This document shows, in pieces, positions 39,844-53,158 of a stretch of 64,000 bases of DNA. Source of the stretch: Camelus dromedarius. Its lineage: Eukaryota. The number at the start of each line of letters is the position of its first letter. Position 1 is the first letter of the stretch. The notes under the pieces are model-generated. The model worked only from the letters and a program-made list of their open reading frames with translations. It was not told the origin of the DNA and made no database searches. Made by a program: the position numbers and the translations under genes. The stretch spans positions 49,850,001 to 49,914,000 of the forward strand of contig NC_087447.1 of NCBI RefSeq assembly GCF_036321535.1. The letters run 5' to 3'.

Positions 39844-42800
39844 TTCAAAAAAAAAAAAAAAAAAAAAAAACCAGCTTTATTAAGATATAATCAACATACA
39901 AACTTTACTTAGTTGGGGTGTACAGTTTGAAGGGTTTTGATATGCAAACATGCATGAAACTATCACCATAATTAAGACAATGAACATATCCAGCAGCTCT
40001 GAAAGTTTCGCCTTGTGCCCTTGGTAATCCCTCCTACCCGCTCGTAGTCTCTCCATCTCCAGGCAACCACTGATACGCTGCTTGTTGCCATAGATTAATT
40101 TGAATTTTCTAGAATTTTAAATAAATAGAGTCATGAAGTATGTGGGGGTTTATTTCTGCTTTCTGTAGCTCAAGATAATTATTTTGAGATTCATCCATGT
40201 TGTTGTATCAACATAGTTCATTTCTTCTTATTATTAAATTGTATTCCATCACATGAATACTCCATGATCATGTGCCTGCTGTATGACCCAGCCATTCTAC
40301 TCCTAGTTATTTATCCAAGAGAAATAAAAGCATATGTCCAAATAAAGATTTATATTCAAATGTTCATAAGATCTTTATTTGCATTAGCTAAAAACTGGAA
40401 ACAATCTGAATGTCCATCAACAGTTAATCCCTCTATAAGGGATTATAGAATGAGTTGAGACATATTCCCTTTTCAGTTTTCTGGAAGAGGTTGTATTGAG
40501 TTGGTATTCTTTCTTTCTTTGAATATTTGTAGAATTCACAGTAAAGCCATCTGGACCTGAAATTTTCTTTATAGGAAGATTTTAACTAAAATTAAATTAT
40601 TTAGATATAGGGCTATTCAGGTTATCTGCTATTCTTGAGTGAGTCTTGGTAGTTTGTCTTTCAAGGAATTTAGCCATTTTGTCCAAGTGGTAAAATATAG
40701 TATCTGTAGAATCTGTAGTGCTATTACTTCTCCTATTCCTACTGCTGGTTAGTCTAGCTGTAGGTTTACCAATATTATTGCTCTTCTCAAAGAAACAACT
40801 TTTGGTATTCATTTTTCTCTATTTTTGTATTCTGTTTAATACCATTTCTGATATTTATTATTAACCTTCTCCTGCTATCTTTGAGTTTAATTTGCAGTTC
40901 TTCTAGTTTTTTTTTTTAATGGTGAAAGCTGAGGTCATTAATTTGAAGCTTTTCTTGTTTACTCATATGTAGTTTTAGTACTGTAAATTTCTAAGGAGGA
41001 TGTTAGCTGTATTTCGTACATTTTGATGTATTGTGTTTTCATTTTCATTCATTTAAAAATACTTCCTAATTTTCTTTTTGCTTTTGTTTTCTTTGACTCG
41101 TAGGCTATTTAGAAGTTTGTTATTTGGTTTTTGCATATTTGTATATTTTGCAGATTTTTAAAAAGTGACTTCTAATTGAATTTCATTGTGATGAGAGAAG
41201 TTAACATTGCATGGCTTGCCGCCTTTTAAATTTATTGAATATTCAGAATATGTTCTGAACCATATGTTCATATGTTATAGTTCAGAATATATTCTTTAAT
41301 GTTAAACATTTCATGTGCACTTGAAAAGAATATGTATTCTGCTGTTGTTCATTGTTCTATATGTTTAGATGTTCTGTATCCTGATTTATTTTCTGTCTCT
41401 CTTTCTATTACTTATTCAGAGAGGTATTAAAATGTCCTCTTATAGTTGTGGATCTGTCTGTTTTGTCTGAACAGTTTTATGACATTTTGCTCATGCAGAA
41501 CTGTTTCCAAGCTATTATTGGGTGCATAAACATTTAGAATTGTTATGTCCTCTTGACTTCTTTATCTATGATATTGCCTCCACGTTCCTGGTAGTATTCT
41601 TTGCTCTGAATTCAACTTTGTATAATGTTAATATAGTCACTTCAGCTTTCTTTTGATAAGTGTTAGCATAGTGCATCTTCTCCTTATATGCCTTTTATAT
41701 TTTTAACCCATTTTACATTTTTATATTTAAGGGGAATTCCTTGGAGATAGCATGAAGTTGAGTTTTACTTTTTTATCCAGTATAACAGTTTTTACCTTTT
41801 AATTGGGATGTTTGGACTATTTTTAATTTACAATAATCACTGTTATTGTTGAGTTTAAATCTGTCTTGCTATTTGTATTCAATTTGTCCCATCTGTTCTT
41901 GTTCTCTTTCCTTTTTGGATTTTATTTCCTTGGTTGGCTTTTTAGCTACTTTGTTTTTGTTATTCTAGTGGTTGTTTTGGGGCTTAGAATGTACATCTTC
42001 AAGTGATAGTATGCCCTGCGACATACAGTTTAAGGGCTTCACTTCAGTAACTTGCGTTTTTCTCTTACCAGCCTTTTTGTTACTGTTGTCATATATTTTA
42101 CTTCTACATATGTTGTGAACCCCATAATACATTGTTGTTATTTGTGTTTTAAACAGTTGATTAAGTTTTAAAAAGATTTAAATAATAACCGTTTTTATGT
42201 TTTCCCACATAGTTACCATTTCTGATGCTTTTTGTTCCCAAATGCAGATCCACAGTTCCATCTGGTATCATTTTTCTTATGCTTGAAGTATTTCCTTTTG
42301 CATTTCTTATGGTTCATTTCTGCTGCTAATTGAACCATTTCACCTTTTGCATGTCTGTAATTGTCTTTTATGATCTTTATTTTTGGAAGATAGTTTCACT
42401 GAGTATGGAAATCTAGGCTAAGTTTTTTTGTCTATTTCTTTAAAGATGTTACTCTGCTGTCTGCTAACTTGTACTGTTTTTCTGTTTTTTTTTTTTTTTT
42501 AACTTGTACTGTTTCTGATGTGAGGTCTGTCATTCTTGTATTTGTTCCCCGTTATGTCATTTTCTCAGGCTGCTTTTAGGATTTCTTTATTACTGTTGAG
42601 AGCCATTTGATTATGATGTGCCTTGGTATAATTTTCTTTGTGCTTCTTATCCTTGGGACTTGCTGGGGATTCTTGGCTCTGTGGGTTCATAGTATTCATC
42701 AGTTTGGAAATTTTTCAATCATTAATTTCTCAAAAATTTTTTTCTGTCTGTTTCTCTACTATTTTCTACTTCTTGGGCTATAATTACATGTATATTTGGT

Positions 42801-43966
42801 CTTATTAAGTTGTCCTACCACTCACTGATGCTTTGTTTTGGTCTTATTTCTTTCTCATTTTGAATATTCTCTGTCCAAATGTCCATAGACATTTAGCATA
42901 TCTTCAGGTACTAGTCTTGTCTTCTGTGATGTCTAATCTGTTCATCTGCCTTTTTTTTTTTTTTTTTTTTTTTTTCGTTTCAAACTTTGTAGTTTTTATC
43001 TCAAGCTCAGTTTGGGCCTTTAAAATTTTTTCCATGTCTCTATTTAGCATTCAGTCTTTCCTCTCTAGCTTTTGAACATATGAATTACAGTTGCAATAAC
43101 TGGCCTTGTACTAATTGTATCATCTCTGTTAATTCTGGGTCAGTTTTGATTGATTGGTTTTGCTACTCATTTGCATTCTGTTTTCCTGCTTCTTTGCATG
43201 TATGGTAATTTTTGGTTGGATGCCAGCCATTGTAAAATTTGCCTTATTGTTTGCAGGGTATTTTTGTAGTCCTGTAAATATTCTTGAGGTTTATTCTAAT
43301 ATAAGTTACTTGGAAAAATTTTCATCCTTTCAGGTCTTGCTTTTAAGCTTTGTAAAGCTGGACTAGAGCAGCATTTAGTCTAGGGTTAATTTTATCCACC
43401 CGTGAAACAAAACTCTTCTCAGTACTGTATTGTATGGCCTGTGGATTATTGGTTATACTCTGTCTATAAGGAATAGGCACAATTGCTGGCCTTGTGCAAT
43501 TTCTGCTTACTTTTCTTCTAATCCTTTTAGATGGCTTTTTCTTCCCTTGGCCTTGAGTAGTTCCTCAGATGATTCGCTGATCAGTACACAGCTGAATCCT
43601 TGAGTGTGATTCTCGGCAAATTTCAGAGTTTTCTGTTTGTGCACTCTCCTCTAGCACTGTGTTGTGAACTCTAGCACTTGTGATTTCCCTGGACTTCCAA
43701 CTTTCTCCTTAACTCAGGTGGACCTCCTTGCTCTGTTGCGATCTCCCTCCCTTAGTCTGGTAATTTCCTCCAGGCAGTAAGTTGGGGCAATCAGAGTGCT
43801 CACCTTATCTGTTTCCTCGCACTGACCTTTGTTGTCTGATGGCCAGTAGACAGAACCACTGTTTCACATGTTTTCTTAGTTTTTTTTCCTAGTAGTTTAA
43901 CATGGGAGAGTAAATCAAGTAACTGTTACTCTGTCTTGGCCAGAAGTAGAATAAGTTATGCTGATC
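39844..43966 (-). mobile_element. About 4.1-kb antisense old L1M block (3' end, internal inversion, ORF2/ORF1 remnants, 5'-region-like end)
   Basis: Starts cagctttattaagatataat at the 3' end. Minus-strand ORF2-like peptide MNTKSCFFEKSNNIGKPTARL (40597..40812). Flanked by the 11-bp direct repeat ctaaggatttt (39833-39843 and 43967-43977). Confidence 0.75.
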
Positions 43967-44699
43967 CTAAGGATTTTGGTGTTCTGAAGACCCTCTTAGT
44001 AACTTCAGGGTAAAAAATGACTCACTCCACTTTTGTGGAAGGTGTGGACCTTACTTTGTTACTACTTCTGTATCATTTTCTTTGTCTCCATTTTGTCCCA
44101 TTCAGATTTGAACTGAGCCAAATTTATGGGCCAGGCACCGTAGAATGGAAATTAAAAAGATTAATATGATCTGATTCCGTTCCGTTGAGAACTCAGAGCT
44201 TAGTTAGAGATGGTTCCGTAAATCAGAGCTCTTAAACTGGTGGAATTGAGTTTGAACCAGGTCTTTTAGCTTCTAGTTGAATGTCCTTTTCACTGAAGCT
44301 GTCAGTCAGAACCTAGAATTAAAATAGTAATTATCTATAAACATGTAAATATATATAATAAAGTCATACAGTTTTTTTTTAAAGACATAATTTTCACAGT
44401 TTTACTATTTGCCAGAAAAAATTTGTAACAGTTCATTCACTGGTGTATAGACTAGGCTACAGTGAAGCAATCCTATCAGTTGCCCTAGGCTCCCATAAAG
44501 CTTCATACTGCTGCTTCTTCCTTATCAATATGTCAGTCATTATACCTGCAAATAAATATGAATTTCTTTTTCAAGTTATCTTTTCATTTTGATGTCTAGT
44601 TTTAGTAATATGTATAACATCTGCAGTGTTTTGTAGCATATAAGACAATATTGATGTAGGATCTGGCAGGTGATTTATCTTAAAAACAGACTAAACTTA

Positions 44700-44968
44700 C
44701 AGTATTGATAAGTATAATACAGTATTGGAAAGGCCTTTTCCATGTGATTTTCTTAAGACCATTTTCTTTTCTCTAGCTTTATTATAAGAATACAGTATAT
44801 AATATATAAACAAAATATGTGTTAATTGACTATTTATGTTATCAGTAAGGCTCCAGTCAACATTGGGCTATTAGCAGTTAAATTTTGGGAGAGTCAAAAC
44901 TTATATACAGATTTTTGACTGCACAGGGGTTGGCATCCCTAACCCCTGTGTTGTTCAAGGGTCAACTG
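44700..44968 (+). mobile_element. Tigger2a/MER28-like element, 3' half
   Basis: Ends with the TIR cccctgtgttgttcaagggtcaactg followed by TA. Confidence 0.82.
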
Positions 44969-45849
44969 TAACTTGGAAATTAACTCGTCAATCAAGGTCA
45001 CCTTTATGGTCAAAGGACCATGATGATGTTAGTTTTCAGAGTTATTTTAGTTATTTTAGAGGTCTTTTAATTCAGCGTTCTCATTTTAAATATGAAAATG
45101 GAACCCCAGTTAGCTTAAGACACTTACTTGTCCAAAGTCTCAAAGCTACGCCAGTCAGAAAGTAGGGACTTAAGTCCAAGATTCCTAACTTGCAGTTCAC
45201 TTCTCCATCCTCTGCTCCATGCTGCCTTGTTCTCTTTGCCATATTTGCATGCTACGTTTATACAAATAATCTTATTACTTACTGCTCCCAGAAACGGAAA
45301 TGCTTTCTTGCAATCCTCTATTGCCAATACGTGTGATTAACTTCGCTTGTTTTGGGTTTCAGTATAATGTTTCAGAATTGGCTTAACAAATGTCTCCATT
45401 TGGCCTGCTATCTGAAGAAAATGAGCAAATACGGAATTCCTTCTAAATTGGCAGTTTTGTTGCAGTTTTAACTGGACACAAATCAAAATTACTGCAGTGT
45501 CTCTGAAGACGTTCCTACCAACATACTGCTACTTAAAACTCTTGAAGTCTGTTCCAAAAAAAGAAACTAGCACAACTCTCTTTTTTCCTCCCTTTTCATT
45601 CCACTGAACCTCCAGTTCATTACCAGTATCACTTGCAAATGTCTCATAAGTCTTTTAGTCACTGATAAGCAAAAAAAAAAAATCTGAAGAGGGTGAAACT
45701 TTACAGTCTTGTAGTTTTTTGACTATATGTTCATGTAGCCTCCTCCTGAGCTCTACAGGGTATGTGTACATGTGTGTAGGCATGTATGCATATATGTTCA
45801 TATTGCAGGAGACCATGTAGAATGGAGATATTGTTGTGGTTGTATATGG

Positions 45850-46600
45850 AAAATTCAGTTTGCCACAGAAGGCATCCTTGATATTCTGACATTTCACTAT
45901 TGATTATGGTATAAATTAGAGTTTTCTGATAGGTTCTTGTTATCAAATAAGGTTTCTATGCCTAGTATAACTAAGGATTTTTCTCAGGAACAAGTTTAGT
46001 GTTTCTCCTTTGTTCTATTAATGTAGTGATTACATAGACTTAACGGTGTTAAACCATCTGTATAATCCTGGGATAAATTTTGCTTGCTTATGATGTATTT
46101 ATTAATATAGTACTAGCTCAGATTTGCTAATATTTAGTATTTTGCAATTTTTTTAAATAAGTGAGGTGGGCATATAGTTTTATTTTTGTGTGTGCTGTTC
46201 CAGTTCAAATCAAAACTGGTAAAGGTTACACTAGCCTAAAATGAATTGAGATGCTTTCTATATTTTCCCATGATTTAAGATAATTTATGTAATTTAGATT
46301 TAGGTGATAGCTCTCTCCAATAAAACCATCAGGGCCTACAGTCCCTCTACCTTCCAAGGTATTACCCTCTGATTACCTTTCTAATTTCTATGTGGTTATT
46401 GATCTATTTAGGTTTTCAATCTCTTGTTGAGACAACTTGGTATTTTATAGTTTTCTAGAAAATCATTTACTTTTCCTGAGTTTTTTAGTTTATTGGCATA
46501 AATTCGGTATAGTATTCCTTTTAATTTTTAAAACCTTGCTCATATCATAGTTTGTCCAATTTCTTGTTTCTAATTTTGAAGTATTTTTGTATGTACTTCC
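45850..46600 (-). mobile_element. Old antisense L1M ORF2 remnant
   Basis: ttaaaccatctgtataatcctgggataaat...aataaaaccatcagggcct...tttattggcataaatt. Confidence 0.6.
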
Positions 46601-47499
46601 TCAAGTATGTTTATTGTACAGTGAATATATTTTAAATTAAACTTGCATGTTAGCACATGGATAGTATTATGAAGAAAATCTGGGAATGATTTAGCCTGCT
46701 CTTATGCCAACTGTGGTTCTTCTTGTCTGAAGAGAATTATTTGAGATGTAAATTGGAAATCCAAGAAGTTGATTGTTGTTCTGTAACTTTTGTTTCATCA
46801 GTGTTGTTTGTTAGTTTTTGAGGGCACATCTTGTTTTGACCTGACACATTTATCATCACATGCTTTCACACCACCTGCCATCTTCTCAATATGACTTTCC
46901 CACCCAAGATGTTACCATTTTCCATTAAAGTATTTTAATTTCTTAAGTAGCAATAGTGTTCTGTCTTATTTGATGCCATTACCATGAGCCTGTGTATTCT
47001 TCTCAATTATGTGCATGGTCTAGACAGAGGAATGTAGAAGCAGGTTTAAGGGTAGACTCCTGGTCTTTTGGGAAACTATCATATTTAGTAAACCCATCCA
47101 CAAGCATTTGAGTGATTCTTTTGTGTCCAACACCACTGTAGGTACTATGGAGAGGCAAAAAATTTCTCAGACATTCAGAGTCCACTGCAGTTTGGTTCTG
47201 ATCAACCTTCCCAGACTCAGGGACACTGCTCTCATGCACCCTTTGATTTAGCACACCACCTCCTTCCTATTTTGAACACGCAGTGCACTCTGCTCTTTTA
47301 ATGACTTTGAAGTTATTCCCGATGCCCTAAATGGCTATTCTCTTGCATACAGTTGTCAGAATCCTACCTAACCTTCCTTTCAAATTGAAGTTTAAATTCT
47401 TTCCCTTTTAGTGAGCCTTTCCCAGGAACAAATTGTCTCAGACTGATGTGTCCGTTTTGAAAGGTAAGTAGATTTGTAGTTCCAGGTAATAACTCTAAT

Positions 47500-48300
47500 A
47501 AAGTGTTTGGCAAGCTGTGTATTGAAAGCTTTGGGAGCAAGATGAAGAAGCATAAGCTAGATGATAGGAAAGATAGGAAGATTTGTAACTGTTCAATGAT
47601 TTGTCCACCTAGAGGAAAATTTCTAATGGCATGGCATAGGGCTCTGTTTTTTATCTAGTCTTGTTCAACATGTTCATTTGTTCAGTTACTTACTCGCCGT
47701 ATGTTTATTGAGTACTACGTGTTGGAAACTGCTGTATGCTGGTGAAATATTGGCGAACAGGGGAGACATAGTTCTTCCCTTTAGGATATTACAATCTAAG
47801 CCTTTGAACAAAGGTATAGAAACTTACACAAAGCTTAAAAACTTAGAAACTTAGAAAGCTAATGCAGTGATAATGTGGAGCTTATAGAAATGGTGTTTAC
47901 TTTGTATAACAGCATCAGTATATAAGATAATCTCCAGGGGCTGGAAAGGTAGAATATATATTCAGCCCATCTTAAATTTCAAGATGAAATTTAATTGGGT
48001 TAAGGATAGATAGAGCCTTATACCTGAGTTCTCAAACCAACTGTATAGGAAGAGGAAGGCTTGACATATGGACACAGCTTGAGTAAAAAAAGGTGTAGAA
48101 CTTTTAGTCAATAGTCCAGTCATTGTTAATAATCAGTAGAATGTGACTACCAGAACAAAAATCAGGCGCTGTTGATAGACATGTAGTATCTAGAATGAGA
48201 CGTGATAGATCTTCTCTGCTTTGTTTCAGGCAGACGTATCTAAATTGCTATGTTACTTTATAAAAATCACTCTGTAAGAGGAATTTTGATAATCAAAAAT
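47500..48300 (+). mobile_element. CR1/L3 relic (with an L2 fragment at about 47670-47800)
   Basis: ggctctgttttttatctagtcttgttcaacat...ttcaagatgaaatttaat...gtagtatctagaatgaga. Confidence 0.45.
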
Positions 48301-48859
48301 TTGTACTCTAATATTATGTGATTTGCAAACTTTAAAAAATCTTCTCGAGGCAGTTTTCCAGAAATTTTCTATACTTGAGACATTTATAAGAAAATATGAG
48401 TAAATTTGTCTGTCAACAAATACATTTCATAGAATCTAAGGAAAACAGAATCAGAAGAAATCTTAAAATAGGCATCTGTTGTTTATTGTCTACTGTGCTT
48501 TGAGGGTTTAGGAGAGTGAGATGGGTCCCTTCCTACTCCTGAGGGATGGGAGGGAAGCTGTATGTATTGGAGGCCTGTCCTGGGTACTGTGGGTAAGCTC
48601 AGGAGCACAAACACTAATAGGATATAGGATACAGGTCTTGGTTTTCAAGGAGTATGGGATCCAGTGCTGGAGAAAGGCGGTAAACAGATGATTACAGCAT
48701 GATATGAGCTTTAGATAGAGCCATGCTCCCAGGGGTGTTGAGGAGGACCACACTCGGATAAGGGGGTGGCTTTATCAAATATTATCTATTTCTTCATCTT
48801 TTAAAAAGGAATTTCTGAGTCATTTTGTGCTGGGAAGTACCCTGATCGTTTTACACTGC

Positions 48860-49460
48860 AGCCCAAACAATCTTAAATTTAAAACGTATATTCAGTCAGG
48901 TCTCTCGTTTTAAACTTTATTCCATTGCCTTGGGGATAAAACTCCTTAGCCGATATACCAGGTATTCATAATCTGACCTCAGCCTACCTTTACACCCTCA
49001 TCACCTGCCATCCTCTCCCATGTACCATCCTCTCCCATACGACCCTGTATGCCAGCCTTGCCAAGGTACTTGCAGTTCTTGAAAATGTTATGCCAGCTTT
49101 TTTCTGTGTTTTGTATTTGCTTTTCCTTTTGTTTGGAATATCTTTCTCGTTTTTCACCCAGCTAATTGTATTCTGACTTTTAAGATCAGTTTAGTTTTTA
49201 CTTCTTCCTAGAAGACTTTTACTTCCACTCGACACTACACCTAAAATAGATGCCCCTCCTTTATGCTCAGCCATTATCCTATATGCGTCTCTAACATAGT
49301 ATCACACCATTAATTGTTTACATACCCATTTCTCCACAGAGGTTGAGCATTATGAATATAAAATGTGTATCTTTGATCTCTGTATTTCCATTACCTAACA
49401 CAGGGCATGGACTCACAGTTAGACACTTAACACATGTTTGTTGCATGAATATGTAAATAA
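48860..49460 (+). mobile_element. L2 LINE 3' region
   Basis: ccattgccttggggataaaactccttagc...ctgacctcagcctacctt, ending at an L2-like terminus aacacatgtttgttgcatgaat. Confidence 0.65.
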
Positions 49461-49724
49461 ATGGTATGTTTCTGGAGAGGTAGACTGTCCCCAGTGACTT
49501 TTCTCTCAACACCAAACTCAGTATTAGCAACATGGAAAGTGCCCAGTGTGAAGATGGGATGAATGAATAAAGTAAAATGTGTTGAGTATTACCAGATAAG
49601 GGATTACGTTAAGGGCAGGTGTACCTTGACTAATGTGATAATGTGCTCTGTAAATGAAGTAATGAAGAGATGATACTTGGGCTGGCCTTAAAAGCAGGGT
49701 AGTCAAGATTGGGATTGGAAAAGA

Positions 49725-49830
49725 ATATTAGTTTTCTACTGATGGATAAAAAATTACCATAAATTTAGTGACTTAAGACGATACCCATGTATTATTTTGT
49801 AGTTTCTTTAGGTCAGAAGTTTGGAGTGCT
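49725..49830 (-). mobile_element. MLT1 LTR fragment
   Basis: tattagttttcta...aaattaccataaatttagtgacttaa...gtagtttct...ggtcagaagt. Confidence 0.6.
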
Positions 49831-51584
49831 GTGGTGATTCATGACTATTCTGGTGTCTAGATTTATTTGACAAGAATTCTAAAAATATATATTGAAAATT
49901 GTATGTAGTGTGGAAAAAATTGTATGTCATAGCCTTTTCAGCCACCAGAAAAATCCTTTTATCATTGATGGACAGTGTTGTAAACATGACCTGAAGTACA
50001 TATGTGTTAACTACCTTTAGATGTATTACATAATGAAAGGGACTGTATAGACAATCAAGCACTAGCTAGTAACACTATTATTTAGAGACTATGGTATCAA
50101 AAACATTCCATGTCTATTAGGGATGAAGAAAGGTGAAGTGGTTAGGTCTAGCTGTATTAGACGGCACTAATCTTTTAAATTATTTGTGGTGTTTCTAGCT
50201 GTCTGTAAGGAGGTTTAATCGTAGACACGTATGAGAGCCTCTGTAATTGCAGTGTAAAGAGAATTTGTTTACTATCTCTGTTAGCCTATGAGAAGAGCAA
50301 CTTGGGGTACTGGACTGTGTTGCTGGTTGGGACGAAGTCTTTAGTCTTTGTATTCGGTTTCCCTTCTTTCACTAGAAAGATTGTTGACATGTTGTAACAT
50401 GCGTAGTGATGTAGGTGATATCAGACTGTGGCTGTAGCTCTATAAGGCAGGCATTCTGGAAGCAGGGCAGGTAAGTAGAGACGAATTGAGAAGAGCAAGA
50501 GTTGAAGCTTAGAAACCAGTTACGAGTCTACTGGTTAGTGGAAGACGATGGTGGCAGCAGACAGAGAGAGAGGTGAACAGATTTGAAATGGCTTTAATCT
50601 GTAGATATGTCTAGGCCTTCCGTGATTTTATGACAGTGATTATTACTTCCTTGAGACATTCTGTTCCTCTGACTGCTGTAACACCAGCTCTCCCAGCTGT
50701 CCTTCTTGTCTGGGTATTCTGGGTCAGAATTTGTTAGTTTTTTAATTTCTTTTCTTTCTAATCTCTTAAATATTGATGTTCCTTAGGATTCTGTTCTAGG
50801 CCCCATTCTCTCTCATTCTCACAGTCTTCCAGAATGATCTCATTACTTTTGTAGCATTAATAACCATCTGTGTGCTAATGATTGCCATATTTTTGTCTCC
50901 AGCCAAGATCTGTCTCCTAAGCTCCAGATCCTTGTATTCAGTTCATACTCAGCACCTCCTCTTGGATGTTGCACAGGCGCCTCAAACTGAAAGTAGAACT
51001 TTCTTGTCAAACTGCTCATCTCCTTTTCACCATTTCATTAAGTGACATCACCATTTTCCTGGTTCCTCAAGCCATATGCCAGCTATCATTTCCTTTCTTT
51101 TTCTTTTGCAATATAATTTATTTGAAATAAAATTAAGAGAACTTAAGTGTTTAGACAGATGAGCTTTAACAAATATACACCCACATTGTCATCATTCAAT
51201 GAAGATATATTTTTCACTATCTGAAAAGCTCCCTCATACCCCTTTGCCAGTCATTCTTACACTCTCACTTCCACCCCTGGCTGAATCAAACACTTTTCTT
51301 ACGGCCTCCTATTTATTAGCTTTTCCTGTTTTTAATCTCCTTATAAATGGAACCATACGATGTACTCTTTTGGTTTCAGACTTCTTTTGTTCAGCATACC
51401 TTTGAAATTTATCCATGTTGTATATATAGGTCAGTACTTTGTTCCTTTTTGTTTCTGAGTGATTTTTCTATGAATACACCATAATTTGCTAATGCATTGT
51501 CTTATTGATGGACACTTGAGTTGTTTTCACTTTTTGGCTGTTATAAATAAAGCCACTAGGAACATCTTTCCAAAAGTCTTTTGT

Positions 51585-51857
51585 AGGGGTTGGGGGAGGG
51601 GGAATTGGATAAAGGTGGTCGAAAGGTACCAACTTTCAGTTATGAGATAAATAAATACTAGGGATATAATGTACATGATTAATGCAGTTAACACTGCTGT
51701 ATGTTATATATGAAAGTTGTTAAGAGAGCAAAATCCTAACAGTTCTCATCACAAGGAAAAAATATTTTTTCTTTTCTTATTTTGTATCTATATGAGATAA
51801 TGGATGTTCACTAAACAATGCTATATGTCAATTACATCTCAATAAAACTGGAAGAGA
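51585..51857 (+). mobile_element. L1MA/MB-type 3' end nested in the antisense L1
   Basis: ggtggtcgaaaggtaccaactttcagttatgagataaataa...gttctcatcacaagg...ctcaataaaactggaa. 13-bp TSD with 2 mismatches: aaaagtcttttgt (51572-51584) / aaaagtcctttat (51858-51870). Confidence 0.82.
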
Positions 51858-53100
51858 AAAAGTCCTTTATGGTCACGTGCTTTCATTTCTCTTACACCTA
51901 AGAGTGGAGCTACTGCTCATATGATTGGTGTATATTTAATTTGTTAGAAATTACAAAACATTTTCCAAAGTAGTTATACAATTTTATAATCCCACCAGTA
52001 ATGTTTGAAAGCACTAGTTGCTCTATTCCTTGACATCATTTGGTGTTGTCAGTTTTGTAAATTCTAGCCATTGTAGTAGGTTTATACTGGTTTATCATTT
52101 TGATTTTAATTTTTAATTTTTTGATGACTAATGAAATTGAGCATTTTGTCTACTATATTGGCCATTTTTATATCTTCTTTTGTGAAGTGTTTGTTCAAAT
52201 ATTTTGACTATTTTCATTTATTGGATTTTTTGGTTTTTTATTGTTAATTTGTAGGAATTCTTTGTATATTAGGGATACAAGTCGTTTGTCAGATATATGT
52301 ACATGTAACACAAATTTTTTTTCTCTGTGACTTGATTTTTCATTTTCTCAATAATGTCTTGATGTTTAAATTGATAAAGTACACTATATAAGGTGTTTAT
52401 TTTATGGATAGTGCCTTTTATATCCAGTTTAGAAAATCTTTGCCTAATCCAAGGTCATGAATGTACTTTCCTACATAGTATTCTAGAAGCTTTTTAGTCT
52501 TAACTTTTATGTTTAGACGTTGATCATTTCAAGTTCATTTTTGTGTATGATGTGTAAGTAGAGATTGAGGTTCATTTTTTCCCATGTTGGTAGCCAGTTG
52601 TTTTTAGTGTCATTTGTTGACAAAGCTTTTCTTTCCCTAATCAAAAGGTAAATTGAGTATATATGAATAGGTCTATTTCTGTAATCTGACTTCCGTTTCA
52701 TCAATCTATTTGTTTAGCCTTATGTAACTATTACTGCTTTACAAATTGAAGCTTTATGATTAATCACAAAATCTAGTAGTGTAAGCTCTCCAACTTTGCT
52801 CTTCAACATTTTCTTGGAGATTCTAGGACTTTTATATTTCCATATCAATTTTAGAGTCAGCTTGTCAATTTTAAAAAAAGACTGCTAGGATTTTGATTGG
52901 GATTATATTGCCTTTAGATAAACTTATGAGAGACTTAACTTCTTAACAATACTGAGTCTTACAAGCCATGAAGTGATACATGACTCTGCTTTGTTTAGTT
53001 GTTTTGAAATTTCAGCAGTTATAATTACAATTATAATTTTCAGAGTACAGGTCTTTCATATCTTTAAGTTATTTGTTGATGTTATGTAAAAATACCAATT

Positions 53101-53158
53101 GGACCTCGTGCATGCTAAGCACACACACTATCACTGAACTATACCCTGCCCCCACCCC
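53101..53158 (-). mobile_element. 5' half of a tRNA-Ala-derived (Vic-1-type) SINE
   Basis: Reverse complement ggggtgggggcagggtatagttcagtgatagtgtgtgtgcttagcatgcacgaggtcc. The T-arm and tail are absent. Confidence 0.8.
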
